A DNA stretch of 64,000 nucleotides from Picochlorum sp. SENEW3 (Eukaryota). Each line of letters starts with the position of its first letter. Position 1 is the stretch's first letter. The notes beneath the pieces are model-generated. The model saw only the letters and a list, made by a program, of their open reading frames with translations, made no database searches and was not told the DNA's origin. Below are positions 1 through 12,049 of this stretch, piece by piece. Both the position numbers and the translations under genes were made by a program. Location: NCBI GenBank assembly GCA_034226945.1, contig CP120464.1, forward strand, positions 434,001-498,000, in the 5' to 3' direction.

Positions 1-1240
1 AAGTTTGATGCTGTTGAAAAATACAGTGGTCTGGGCCGAGTATTTGGAGTAGAACTCGGCAAATGCCTGAATTCTGCATCAGCAGGGAGGCCCAAATGCT
101 TTTTTACTCTATCCAACATCCCTAACACTGCATCAGGCTCTGAAAATTTCACGACAGAGGTACCTTGGGTTCTGAAAATAGTCCCCATCCTTTGCCTCCA
201 CTCTACTTCTGGTAGAGAATCTCTCAATCTCGTATCTGCATCCGCAAGTGCGGGTGGAGAATGGAGATACAAAGGAGGAACAAGTCCACCTTCATGCAGT
301 CTTGAATAGACAGCGTCTTCAGTCAGTCCCTCTGTCACTCGCACTGTCATCAGCTCAGCATCAACCTCAATCACTGAATACCCACCCACAGTTGGAGATA
401 TCCCCAGCAATGGTGGCGTCTTCTCGACAGGGATATTTATCTCTTCATCAATCATCCCATGAAGAAAATGCGGGGCCGCTGGAGTCACGATAGCAGCAAT
501 ATACCGCTGCTTTGGATTCCTCCTCATAGTCCCGTAATTGTATGGCTCTGGTGCCTCTTCACAGACAACCACAGAAAGCCCTCCACCCTCCACCATATCC
601 GACACTGTCCGCCGTAAATTTGCCCTGGGACACCCTGCACATGTACACACAGGCACATCAATTCACCACGCATCAATCCGTGTCTCACCCACACAACCAT
701 ACCTGCTCGTGGAGGATTCCCATCCTTACCCATCGGATTCAAACCAGCATGCTGTACCAATAATATTGCATCAATACCAATCGTCTCATAAAACTCCCCA
801 ACCCTCACTAAAACGACCTTGTCTGGATGCTGCACTTTGACATCATAGAAAAATGAAAAGGCTGGTGGCCTTGCTCCCTTTGACTTGCTGGAATCAAACA
901 AATGCGGAAGCCCCAACGGCGCCGATGTATCCACATACTCCAACAACTTTCTCGCAGATGGCTTATCAACACTCTCTAAAACAGTATCCCAATACGCCTG
1001 GATCTCTGGATCAACCGTTTCAACCTTGCTCTTCCTCCCAGCAGTCACAGTAGTAAGGCTCCTCTTGAATCCAACAACTACAGGCGATTGCTGATTCCCT
1101 CCAAAAGAGTGTGAAAATCTAGGACACACCACGCGCATCCCCATGCCAATATGGCGACCCTTCGAAGGACTTTCAAAACACACTGGCGTTTCTACAGACA
1201 ACCCCGGAACACGGCGAATCGCAGATCGAAGGCCACGCAT
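1..1240 (-). CDS. MSH1: MutS homolog 1 (organellar, plant-type MSH1), 5' part; runs off the window start
   Basis: DVKVQHPDKVVLVRVGEFYETIGIDAILLVQHAGLNPMG is the MutS domain I F-x-E motif in the MSH1-type context. GT-AG intron at about 635-702. The start could be 1240 or about 1144. Confidence 0.85.
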
Positions 1241-1427
1241 ATCATTCGCATTGTAAACAATACGTTATTAAATAATCTTACATGATCGCGAGCATGTGAG
1301 AGAAGACCAATCCATTTCTTTTTTAAAAAGCGCTTTAATAAAGCATTTAAAACACGTGTCCAAGTCAGAAGGCATACGCACTCTGGGACCCTCACTGTTA
1401 TAATTATTATCACTGCGTTACATAAAT

Positions 1428-3839
1428 ATGAATAATAGTGTACCAGGAACCTCATTGGAGGTGGATTCCTCCGGTGTTGGGGTTATTACACTTCGGAATC
1501 CGCCAGTGAATGCATTGCATCCGAAAGGTAGGTTGAATATCCCTTATGGATTCTTAAAATGATATAAATCGGCTAAAATGATTGGGTTTGAGACGTCTCT
1601 GGCTGTTTCGTCGGTTTAATCCCATCTAAATGTTCTGGCCGCGTCTCGGTGTTCAAGACTTTTCACCGCATTCTCGCATTTGTTGCAGTGTTGCAAAGTC
1701 TTTTTGAAAACTTGATGAAATGCCATGCAAGGGATGATGTGAAAGCCATTGTTGTGACTGGAGATCAGGGTATGTGTATGCTGACGACAGGTGTCTTTGG
1801 AGTTTCGGAGCATCACCGTGTCAATGTGTGCAGGGAAGTTTTGTGCTGGATTTGATATCAATCAGTTTGTTGAAGGAGGGGAGGGTGGTGGTATTGATGG
1901 AAGGATTAACGATGCATTTGTGAATCTGCTTGAGAATGGTGCCAAGCCTTCTGTGGCTGCTATACAGGGGTTGGCGTTGGGTGGTGGGTGTGAAGTGGCA
2001 CTTGCATGCAATGCTCGTGTGGCTACGACAGGAACATCTATAGGGCTTCCAGAGTTACAGCTGGGGATAATTCCAGGGTTTGGTGGAACACAGAGGCTTC
2101 CACGGGTTGTTGGAGTTGCGAAAGCGACTGAAATGATGCTCACATCAGTTCCAGTACGGGTACCGGCGGCAAAAGACGCTGGTCTTGTGGATGTAGTTGC
2201 GGAGCCTCGCGATCTGATGCGGGCAGCCAAGCAGCTTGCCTTGGATATTGCAGAGGGCAGGCATGCTCGGGTTATGAGTCTGTTTCGTACAGATAGAGTG
2301 GGCACATATGAAGAGGCAATGGCTGTCTTAGATTTCGCTAGAGCTCAGTCTGCGAAAAAGGCCAGGGGGCTTCAACATCCCTTGTTATGTATTGATGCAA
2401 TCCAGTATGGAATCGAGCATGGTGGACTCGAGGGACTGAAGAAAGAGTCCGAGTGTTTTGATGCTGCAGCTGCATTGGATACTCATAAGGCCCTTGTCCA
2501 TATCTTTTTTGCTCAAAGATCTACGAAGAAAGTACAAGGTATTACGGATCAAGGTCTCAAGGCGAGACCGATCAGGAAGATTGCAGTGTTGGGAGGTGGC
2601 CTTATGGGGAGTGGTATTGCCACGGCATGTGTCTTGTCTGGATACCAGGTGTTGATTAAGGAAATTAATGAGAAATTTATGCAGTCTGGTTTAGACAGAG
2701 TGAAATCGAATATCATGTCACGTGTGAAGAAGGGCAAGATGAAGGAGGCTGTTGCGCAGAAAGCTCTGTCATTGTTACATGGTACCACATCATATGATGA
2801 ATTCAGCAGTGTGGATATGGTGATAGAGGCAGTGATCGAAGACATTGGATTGAAGCAAAAAATATTCCAAGATCTAGTATCCGTCTGCCCTCCTCATGCG
2901 ATTCTGTCAACGAATACATCAACCATTGATATTGAACTGATTGGATCCAAAGTCCCTCAGGCACAGGATCGAATCGTTGGAGCTCACTTTTTCTCACCTG
3001 CTCATGTCATGCCTCTGCTGGAAATTGTTAGAACACCAAAGTCAGCTGCCCAAGTGGTATTGGATACCATTGAGTTTGGATCAAAGATTAAAAAGACTCC
3101 AGTTGTGGTGGGAAACTGCACAGGATTTGCTGTCAACCGTGTATTCTTCCCCTATACTCAGGCTGCCTGTTTACTCGTAGATATGGGATTGGATCCATAT
3201 ATGATTGATAAGGTGATCGCTGGATTTGGGATGCCGATGGGGCCTTTCAGACTCAGCGATCTTGTTGGAGCAGACATTGGTCTCCACGTGGGGAAGAATT
3301 TCCTAGACTCGTTCCCTGATCGCTGTTATCCCGCCAGAATTATCATGATACTGAATGAGAAAAAGAGATTGGGAGAGAAAACGGGCTCAGGATTCTACGC
3401 ATTTGGACCAGGCAGAAAAGCATCCCCTGACCCTGCCTTGGGAGACATTTTACAAGAAAGCCGTTCTGCCTCGGGCATGGATGGCCTACTATCCTCACCG
3501 CTCTTCTCGAAAATGGGACCGAAGGATATAATCGAGTTCATCATGTTACCGGTCGTAAACGAGGGGTGCAGGGTCATCGCTGAAGGAATTGTTGACAAAC
3601 CAGCTGATTTGGACATTGCAACAGTCATGTCCATGGGGTTCCCAGCCCCCCGCGGAGGTCTCATCTTCTGGGCTGATTTGCTTGGAGCAAAGTACATCAA
3701 TGATCGACTCGAACAGTGGTCAAATGCCTTTGCGTCCAAGGGATTGGCAGGCTTCTTCAAACCATGTGACTATCTCAAGGCTGCTGCTGCATCAGGAAGG
3801 AAACTTCAGCAAGGAAAAGCATCATCATCAAAATTGTAA
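1428..3839 (+). CDS. Peroxisomal fatty-acid beta-oxidation multifunctional protein (enoyl-CoA hydratase + 3-hydroxyacyl-CoA dehydrogenase), MFP2/AIM1 family
   Basis: Exon 1 reads MNNSVPG...NPPVNAL, followed by two short introns. Motifs: ALGGGCE, PELQLGIIPGFGGTQRLPR, VLGGGLMGSGIA, HFFSP. Ends in the PTS1 signal SKL. Confidence 0.95.
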
Positions 3840-3937
3840 ACAGATCCATCCATACGAAATAATTGGTAAAAATGGTGAAACTTGTGTCCATCGAGGAGGT
3901 GTACTCCTCAAAATCTGGTTCTCTGAAAACCAGTGCA

Positions 3938-4825
3938 ATGCTTAAGATCAGTCCGAACGTCAAGGTATGCGACGCCGATGACGCGCATTCTCATCCGATT
4001 GCATATATTTTGGCTTCAAAATCAATCTGTTATAATTAACGATCGCCTTGCAGAGTAAAATTACCCTTGCGGACACGACAAAGCCCTCGTTAGTCAACGT
4101 CGATCTTTCAGCAAAGAACTGGTCATTGTCTCATGACACAAAATCAAAGGATACAACGTTTAGAGCCAATTGGAAGCCTTCCTCGGATGTCAAAGTGAAT
4201 ATGACGCAAAAGATTCCAGGCAATAAAGCATATTTGGTACCAAATCCTCACGTCAAGGTGACAAAAACAGGTGTGTTTGGCAAGGGCAGCAACTCGGTTG
4301 CTGTTGAGCATGACATGATGCAGAGGAGATCTGGGGCAACCTTGTCATTATATGCTGGAGAGGACAAACGGTACAAGCTCAAATTGAGTTCATCGACATC
4401 AAAGGTGTGTCAGCATGGAAACAAACATGTCCATGTATATAATGATTTTCTGGGACTGGATGGCAACATTATCCTCACGTTACAAATGCAAGACTATTTA
4501 TCTAGTACATGTCCATGTTGTTCAGGGAGGTTTCATGCAGGCGAGCACGGGAATGCTTCGATCCAAACTTGCCAAAGGAACCCTTTTGCATTCTGCAAGT
4601 ATTTCTGGATCCACAAAAGCTCAAGTCATGACACTGAAGAGTAGACTGGGATCAGACATGAAGACCAAAATGTCATACTCAACATCTAATCAATCAGTAT
4701 CCGTGGTTGGGATCCACATGAGCAATGTGGACGGTCACAAGGTGAGAACCACTCTCACAGTATCTGCCCCAGTCCATCAGATGAACAAGCCCCAAGTGCA
4801 GGTGGGTGTGAAATTGGATCTATGA
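3938..4825 (+). CDS. Hypothetical ~225 aa basic, beta-strand-rich protein (possible outer-membrane beta-barrel)
   Basis: Exons 3938-3964, 4054-4404 and 4526-4825 join in frame through GT-AG introns. Alternating hydrophobic/polar strands; ends QVQVGVKLDL. Confidence 0.6.
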
Positions 4826-4843
4826 GGAAACCGCATCGACTCA

Positions 4844-5821
4844 TCATGCCGCCTTTTTGAGACCACTGTGTATAGCAGTCACGCCTGCTGTTAGATTTTC
4901 ATAGTCCACGTGGCAAAAACCTGCATCTCGAATCATCTCAGCAAATGCCTCTTGATCAGGAAACATCCGTATGCTCTCCACCAAGTATTTGTAACTATCA
5001 GCATCCCCTGCTACGATTCTACCAATCTCTGGGATCACCCGAAATGAATATTCGTCATAGATTTGCCGCAGTCCAGGGACAACCACCTTTGAAAACTCCA
5101 AGCACAAAAATCGCCCTCCTGGCTTGAGAACTCTGTACGCTTCTGCCAATGCTACATCTCTATTCGTCACATTTCTAATACCGAACGCTATGGTGTACGA
5201 ATCAAACGTGTTGTCTTCGAAAGGAAGCTCTTCCGCACTCCCCTCCACCCATGATAACCGTGAAGCATCCAGACCACGCATCCCTGCTGTTTTCTTCTTC
5301 CCTTCTTCCAGCATTGCCGCATTAATATCAAACACCGTTACGGTACTATCACTATCCATGTCTGTAGTAGACTCACTCTGTGTCTGCAATTGTTCAGCCG
5401 ACTGTATAGCCCTCAATACTCTGCATGCGACATCCCCAGTACCTCCAGCAACATCAATGTGCTTCATCCCTGGAAATGGAGCTAGCTTCTCCACAAACCT
5501 ATCTTTCCATACTCTATGAAGCCCACCACTCATCAGATCATTCATTATATCATATGAAGGCGCAACACTATCAAACACCTCCCTCACAAGACTCTGTTTC
5601 TTCTCCTTCTCAATAGTTTTAAAACCTGCAAGGATCATATGGGGTCCTTTCAAACATTGTCATAGGAAATAACGATCCGAGGAGATATACTTACCAAAAT
5701 CTATCGTTTCTTCTTTTCCATCGTCGTGTTTAGAGGAGAGAAAGGGCATTGGGGCACTAAAGAATTGTCGACATGTGGTGGACATGTGGGTCACGAGACG
5801 ACGCCTCGCGAGACTATTCAT
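4844..5821 (-). CDS. COQ5: Ubiquinone biosynthesis C-methyltransferase (UbiE/COQ5)
   Basis: [52 protein letters not shown]. Upstream exon has a mitochondrial-type presequence (MNSLARRRL...TIDFG). Confidence 0.95.
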
Positions 5822-5886
5822 CCTGTACTATGGATAAATCCTAAATGTATTTATTACTTTTATAAAATAGAGTGAGAAAAAGATCA

Positions 5887-7362
5887 CTACGGGGTGCCCA
5901 AGTCCACCTCTTCGATGCACTCATCATCTGAAGACATGGCTTCACCAAAAACAATCTCACCAGGTTTTTCGTCTTCTTTCGACTCATCTTCTACGCTCTC
6001 TTTTACTTTATCATCCTTATCGTCTTCTATGTTGCCGTCTTGTTTCTTTGTATCCTCATCCTCTGGCGGCGGGCTTTCTTTTGTCTCTATTCTCTCCTCC
6101 TTTTGAAGGCTTTCTTCTTCTTCTTCTTCTATTCTCTCCTCCAGTTGAGGGCTCGTAGCCTCACGGGGCGATACTTCAGGGACATGATCAAGATAATGCG
6201 TCATGGAACCACTAATCAAATCCCAAGACGCCGATGCTGCCATAGACTCGAGTCTATACAGCTTGATATCTTGCTGCTTAAAGTACCGCCGATCCTCTTC
6301 ATCAACAAGGACAAGGTTGATGCTATATTTGACTCCAAACTTATTATGAACATTCTCATACGTCGGAGTCAGCGCATAAGGAGACAGATACAACCGAATA
6401 GGAATCGATTCCCCTCTCGCAGGAGCTCCATCCATAATCTCAAACTTGGCAACTGTTGTACTCTCCAACCTCGCATTCATCCCCCCTCCCACAGTCTCAC
6501 GCCGCTTTATCTCCAACTCCATATGTTTCAATTTAATCCTTACCAACAAGAAATTGATCTTTCCAATCACAGTATCATTCAAGTGATACGAATCCCTACC
6601 ATATTCGAATTCTATGTGCAGACAATCTTCAATCCCCACCTCCATCTGCACACAAACACCATGGTGATCATCCACCATCTATACACTACATACACAGCAT
6701 GCACAAAACCAACCTTGATAGGATCTCCTACTCCCTCGGGTATCTCAGCAACAGGATTTTGAACTTCAAAATAACAATCCTGAATCAACGACTGCCCCAT
6801 AGACCGGGCCACAATCACCCTCACAGCATACCTCAACTTCACCCGCGTCCCTCTGTATGAATCATACTCCATTTCCACAGATTTGAACTCGAAAGGATAC
6901 GTCTCCTGAGACATCATCTCCCCAGGAGGTGCCAGATCCCTCACCAACGACAATATCTCATGAGGACGGCTCTCATCTGATGCCATGACAATCTCACCCA
7001 CGAGCTGCACTCGAATCCCCACATGCTCCACTCGCTTCCCAGGAATAGGAATTACCTTGACAAAACCTTTCACAGTATCTTTATTCTTGTACAATGGAAG
7101 CTCTTCTACCTGACCTCGAGGGCCCTTGACCTTCGTCTTCTTCAATTCCGAACCATCGGTCGATGACGAGACAAACTCCAACTGTACAGAACAGTTCTTC
7201 CCTGCAATCCCCAGATTACTGAATAGTTTGTTCTACATAGATATAGAGTAACAATACTGTGAGTACACGAAGCAATGACTGACGCAGTTGTCAACGCGTT
7301 CAGACTTTTGTCCTGTTTCGTCAAGGGAAACCCAAGATTTGTCTCTTCTATACCCGTACCAT
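5887..7362 (-). CDS. VPS26: Retromer subunit VPS26
   Basis: IKMEVGIEDCLHIEFEY, GKINFLLVRIKLKHME, KFEIMDGAPARGESIPIRLYL, DEEDRRYFKQQ. Introns at about 6646-6713 and 7233-7359; acidic C-terminal tail. Confidence 0.95.
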
Positions 7363-7500
7363 GTTCTGTCTTTGTTAATAATACATCAAGGATTTTTTAT
7401 CATTTTTTACAAAGGGATTACAACAGGCAACGCAGTAAAAAGTACGACAAAAACATGTATGGAGCATCAACCAAGGACACTCGACTCAACAATCTAGACA

Positions 7501-8946
7501 TCACTGTAATTTTTGTTGGATTGCGCGTGCCTGTGTCTTGCCACTCAGATATGCACCCAGGACAGTCCCAGGATAATCACTGGCAGCTTCACCAGCGAAA
7601 TGTGCTCGGTCAAAAGGCTCGGCAAGAATGCTTGTAATATTCTTCTCATTCCCGACGGCATAGTAGGAATAACTTCCTCGAGACCACGGGTCATCAAACC
7701 ATCGAGTTGCATAGAATTCCTTGGGTTCTGGCAGATCTGGATATATTGCCCTCAATGCCTTCATAACATCATCATAGGTTTCTTCATCAGTCATATTTTC
7801 CATGTTCTCGGCCGTGGTTGCCACATTGATTGCCACTAAAACTGGCTTTTGAAGGACACCATTATAGTCTAGAAAAACTTTCCATGCACCTGTCAAATCT
7901 TCCATGGCCTTCATGATGAAATCCGTATCATCCCAGTGCTGCTCATCAAACACCAAAATAGCCTTGTTCATGGTTCCCATTCCCATGCTGTCGATTGCCT
8001 GTTTTTTGATCTGTGGCAGTTCTGGAGAATACTCGATGGAGTTGTCTTTCAGGCATCCCAGGCTCTGAGTAGACAACACATACTGACCTGTATACTGATC
8101 ACCATCATGTGTCGTGACTGTCACGCCACTCTCACTCTGCTCGACTGATTTCACAGGCGTATTAAAACGTATATCCAAATCCTTAGCTTGAATTTTAGCA
8201 AGTACATCGAAACCATTATACAAGAACACATCCAATGCCGGCAAGGTCTTGGCATCTCCATACCTCAGTGTACTCAAATCAGTCAGGTTTCCATTCAGCA
8301 AAACCTGATAGTTTGCATGCGTCATGAGATTCAGTGAAGGAATGATGGACTCAGGTGGATCGACCGTCTCTAGGAAATTTTCATACATGGCATTCAATGA
8401 CATATCAGGTATTGATGTGTCATCGCTTTGAGCCTTTTTGAATGCATCCACATTCCTGCGGAATTCTCCCTGAGTAGCATATGCTCGGATCCAATCCACT
8501 GTCGGAAGCTCTGTATTGTTTAAAGAATAGACTGTTCCACTGTTATAGTTCTGCAGTCTCGACATCTTTTCCCCTTTTTCTTTTGCAAAGTCATAGAGTT
8601 CATTTCCTTCCTGAGCATCATGGATCCTGCAGCATCCATGAGACAGTCATACATATGTCATATATATGGTGAGATGATTGCACATGAAAAAAACGTACCA
8701 CATGGCTCCGGCATCTACGGCACCTTTGGAGGTATTAACGCTGTACGTTCTGCCTCCAACTCTATCTCTTGCCTCCAGGACAACAACTGATACTCCTGCA
8801 TCCATAAGATCTCTTGCTGCGGTTACACCTGCCATCCCAGCACCAATAATAATAACATCGGCTTCATTTCCATCCTGAGCACAGACAAGGGTGATACTCA
8901 GCAGTAGAATGGCACAGAGACCGCGTGCCAGTATTCTGAGCCGCAT
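7501..8946 (-). CDS. Secreted FAD-dependent amine oxidase (polyamine oxidase-like)
   Basis: Signal peptide, then IIGAGMAG...LEARDRVGGR, DAGAMW|IH, WFDDPWSRGSYS, FAGEA...GTVLGAYLSG. One intron at about 8627-8698, joins in frame. Confidence 0.9.
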
Positions 8947-9531
8947 ATGTAGTATGACGTGTTTGAATCTTTACAAGGCAATCGTCGCCAGACTCTAGCA
9001 CATTTGAAATGTAACGTAAAATATTGGATTCTGAATGGATCGTAGCATTCAAGAGTACTACTATTCGTCCAAAGAGGCACGTGGCCTACCCGCACAACTC
9101 CCACACGGATTGGTCATTCCAAGAGGGGCATCTATGCCGGTTATATAACCGAATTGCAGCTCATGCATAGAGGCCAGGTGCATGCATGGTGCTGTAACCC
9201 ATACTGCTTGGTATCACATGTCGCATATCAAAGATTGTCTCCGAATCCCAGACAATTATGTATTACAGAATATGAAATTCAAACATCGTAGACATACAGA
9301 CATTGAATCATGGTGGTCATCACTCACCAGCAATATGGACTACCAAAAGATCTTTGGACATGTTGTGCTATCAAGTTTTATGCAATGGCATTCTTGCAGC
9401 TCAAGACTACAAGGAAGAGAAATGATGCAATCAAAAGTTCTCTCTCATGTGTGTTCAATAACGAAAGCAGCATGTCCACATGGAAACAATATTGTAGACC
9501 ACCGAGCACAAGGTCGAGGACCATGCATGTC

Positions 9532-9864
9532 TCAGGTAACAAGTGTTCCAATCTCGTATTCTTTCAAAATACCTTCTTGATAGCTTCCTGGTCCATGGCG
9601 AGCATTGAATTTGTCGGTAAACTCATCAACTGTACCTGCCAAGGCAAGCAGCACCTCTGCCCCTCCTGGGTGACGAGGCACCCACTCTGTTATATCGTAC
9701 ACCTTGCCATTGTACCCAACCCAGATGCCATTTGCAGTGGAATCATGTGTTGCGACATCTTCGACAGTGTACTCTGCCATACCATGAACCATCTGCTGAG
9801 GCAACGTGAGGCATAGAACCAAGGCAACCACAGCCGCGACCCATCGTGGCGAAAAACTCTTCAT
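9532..9864 (-). CDS. Small cytochrome b5-like heme-binding protein with an N-terminal signal peptide
   Basis: YTVEDVATH...IWVGYNGKVYDITEWVPRHPGG...AG...DKFNARH. Both axial His positions are present. Confidence 0.85.
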   Translation of the reverse strand: MKSFSPRWVAAVVALVLCLTLPQQMVHGMAEYTVEDVATHDSTANGIWVGYNGKVYDITEWVPRHPGGAEVLLALAGTVDEFTDKFNARHGPGSYQEGILKEYEIGTLVT

Positions 9865-10311
9865 CGTGATTGTATCAATACCTGCAGGAAAAGTACCACA
9901 TTCAGCACTCTATGTACCACCTATCAGAGATGTATACGCTGTTACTTGTAGCATATAGTAGGGAAGGATTCCAGAAACGCGTCGTTGGAGTATTGGTACC
10001 AACACTGGTATTATTGAGAATGCATCAGTACGTGTGCATATCATACCTGTATGTGTTGATATGTATAGTACTATGGAAGAACTGAGATGCTGACGTTGGC
10101 ATCGAACACAAGTAAATTTTGACTCCCAGCGATGGAACCTTGTACCGCTGATCCCATCAAAAGCTGCCATTGACCGGATTCATCCCAGTTCATGTCACTG
10201 CATTGGGTTGCATGCCACCAGCCAAGGGACTCATGCATTCTTTGGCGATCGTCCTCTTCCATAAACCAAGCATTGTTTGCATCTTGTAATGATATCATCA
10301 CTTTATTTAGT

Positions 10312-11259
10312 ATGAGATTTCCAGGTGGCATTGTGAGGCGGTTGTCTGCGAAGCAGCCATGCGTGCCACTTCATTTCCACCGCGTGGGTGGCAGCAGTAG
10401 CAGAGCTCGTGGATCCATACAAAATAGAGGAAGTGGTCAATCTTCTGGTATCAGATGTGGGTCCTCCTCATCTCCGTCGTCCCCGTCGTCGTCTGGTGGG
10501 CATGGGTCAACGCAAGCGGGGGCCTTGATCGTGTCTGCTGCAGCAGCATTGGGTGGTCTTATGGGGGCTGGACTAGGCATTCAAATGTTCCAGGACAAGG
10601 AACATGAATCGCCTCAGGTGAGGAAGAATAGAGAGCTGGCAATGGAGCAGCAGCAGCAGCAGGAACAAGAGCAAAAGTCCTTTGCGGATGTGGATTGGTA
10701 TGAAGACGTATCAGGAACGACATCGTATCGAAAGGTACTGTGTGCTGAGGATTTACTGAAGCAGGATCATCCCTTTTTAGAGGATGATCACATGTTTAGT
10801 GCGTTTGTTGCTCGTGGACTGATAAATGATATTGAAGGGTTCTACTCAAAGGACAAGACAGAGTTTAGGGCTGTGGTGGCTCTGGGTCGAGAGGTGGCGG
10901 GATGGCCAAAGATTGTTCATGGAGGTTTGACTGCGGCTATATTTGACGAGGTGTTTGGAGGGCTGTTGTATTGTCTGAAAAAGTCAAAGGCGGTCTCCTT
11001 TCTGGGACCTGCATACACAGTGCAATTAGATGTGAGCTATAAATCAAAGATTGCTGCTAGCAGTACAGTGTTATGCACAGCAACCTTGGAAAAGTTTGAG
11101 GGTAGGAAGCTGTCCATGACAGCGACGTTGTCCGATGGGCCGGATGGGAGGGTGTATGCCACATCCAGGGCACTGTTTGTGACTCCAAAATTGCTCAAAC
11201 TCGTGAGTGAAGTGGCCAAGTATTCTGTAGAAAGGCTCAAGAATAAACTAACATTTTGA
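10312..11259 (+). CDS. HotDog-fold acyl-CoA thioesterase (THEM4-like), probably organellar
   Basis: GWPKIVHGGLTAAIFDE and AYTVQLDVSYK motifs. Ser-rich presequence followed by a hydrophobic segment. Confidence 0.8.
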   Translation: MRFPGGIVRRLSAKQPCVPLHFHRVGGSSSRARGSIQNRGSGQSSGIRCGSSSSPSSPSSSGGHGSTQAGALIVSAAAALGGLMGAGLGIQMFQDKEHESPQVRKNRELAMEQQQQQEQEQKSFADVDWYEDVSGTTSYRKVLCAEDLLKQDHPFLEDDHMFSAFVARGLINDIEGFYSKDKTEFRAVVALGREVAGWPKIVHGGLTAAIFDEVFGGLLYCLKKSKAVSFLGPAYTVQLDVSYKSKIAASSTVLCTATLEKFEGRKLSMTATLSDGPDGRVYATSRALFVTPKLLKLVSEVAKYSVERLKNKLTF

Positions 11260-11290
11260 TATTATAATGTAATATATATATATAGATGGT

Positions 11291-11835
11291 TTACTTGCTG
11301 GCTAAGGCTTTTCGGGTTCTGAGACCACGGCTCACAGCAGAGGCCTTGGCCTTGGCAACCTTCTCGAGATCTGGGCGGACCTTCTTGGTCACAGCTCCAG
11401 CAGCGTAGGCAGCACGACGAGCATTCTTCTTCACTGGAATCTTGTGAGTCTTCTGGGCCTGCTTCTTGCAGGTCACGCTCAAAGTCACGACGCCATCCTC
11501 TTCAGTCACTCCAACATTGCTTCCCCTGTTGGCGAGTCCTGAGAATTTGTAGCTGTGGGTTCCAGTCCTGTACGAAATATACATATGATGGTTAGTATAA
11601 GGCAATCTGCGGCAATTCACATCGATGATAGCGACCAAGGTGATTCCGCCGCAACAGGGATGTCAAACGCAATTGCATCCAGATCAGTCGGCTGTTGCAA
11701 CCAGGCCTGATAGTATATTCTAAAGAATGGTACGTACAGATTAGATGGCTCTTTAGACCAGACTGTTCCATTCAAGTTCTTTGAAAGGAAGCAGTTGTTC
11801 TTCTTGACCAATTCCCAAACGAGAGCGGAAGACAT
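11291..11835 (-). CDS. RPL28: 60S ribosomal protein eL28
   Basis: MSSALVWELVKKNNCFL...SKEPSNL|TGTHSYKFSGLAN. Intron at 11568-11737. Confidence 0.93.
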
Positions 11836-12049
11836 GATGATGTAGGACTATAGTAACGATGTACACTACTAGAGATAATTTATTATGTCAGTGGTGCAGA
11901 AGCATGAACCAATGATTGCTTGCTTTCATGAATGGGCGTCCTTTGTCGGACGAGCTTGGTCGGCCGCAATGCAAGCAGGGTGCTTATGTCCCATCACGGT
12001 GAGTGTTTGATGGGAGAGTGTCTCGTCATGTGGCATGTCAATTACAAAT

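Noticed and set aside
6040..6762. 240-aa + strand ORF
   Set aside because: Antisense to VPS26 with no recognisable motifs.
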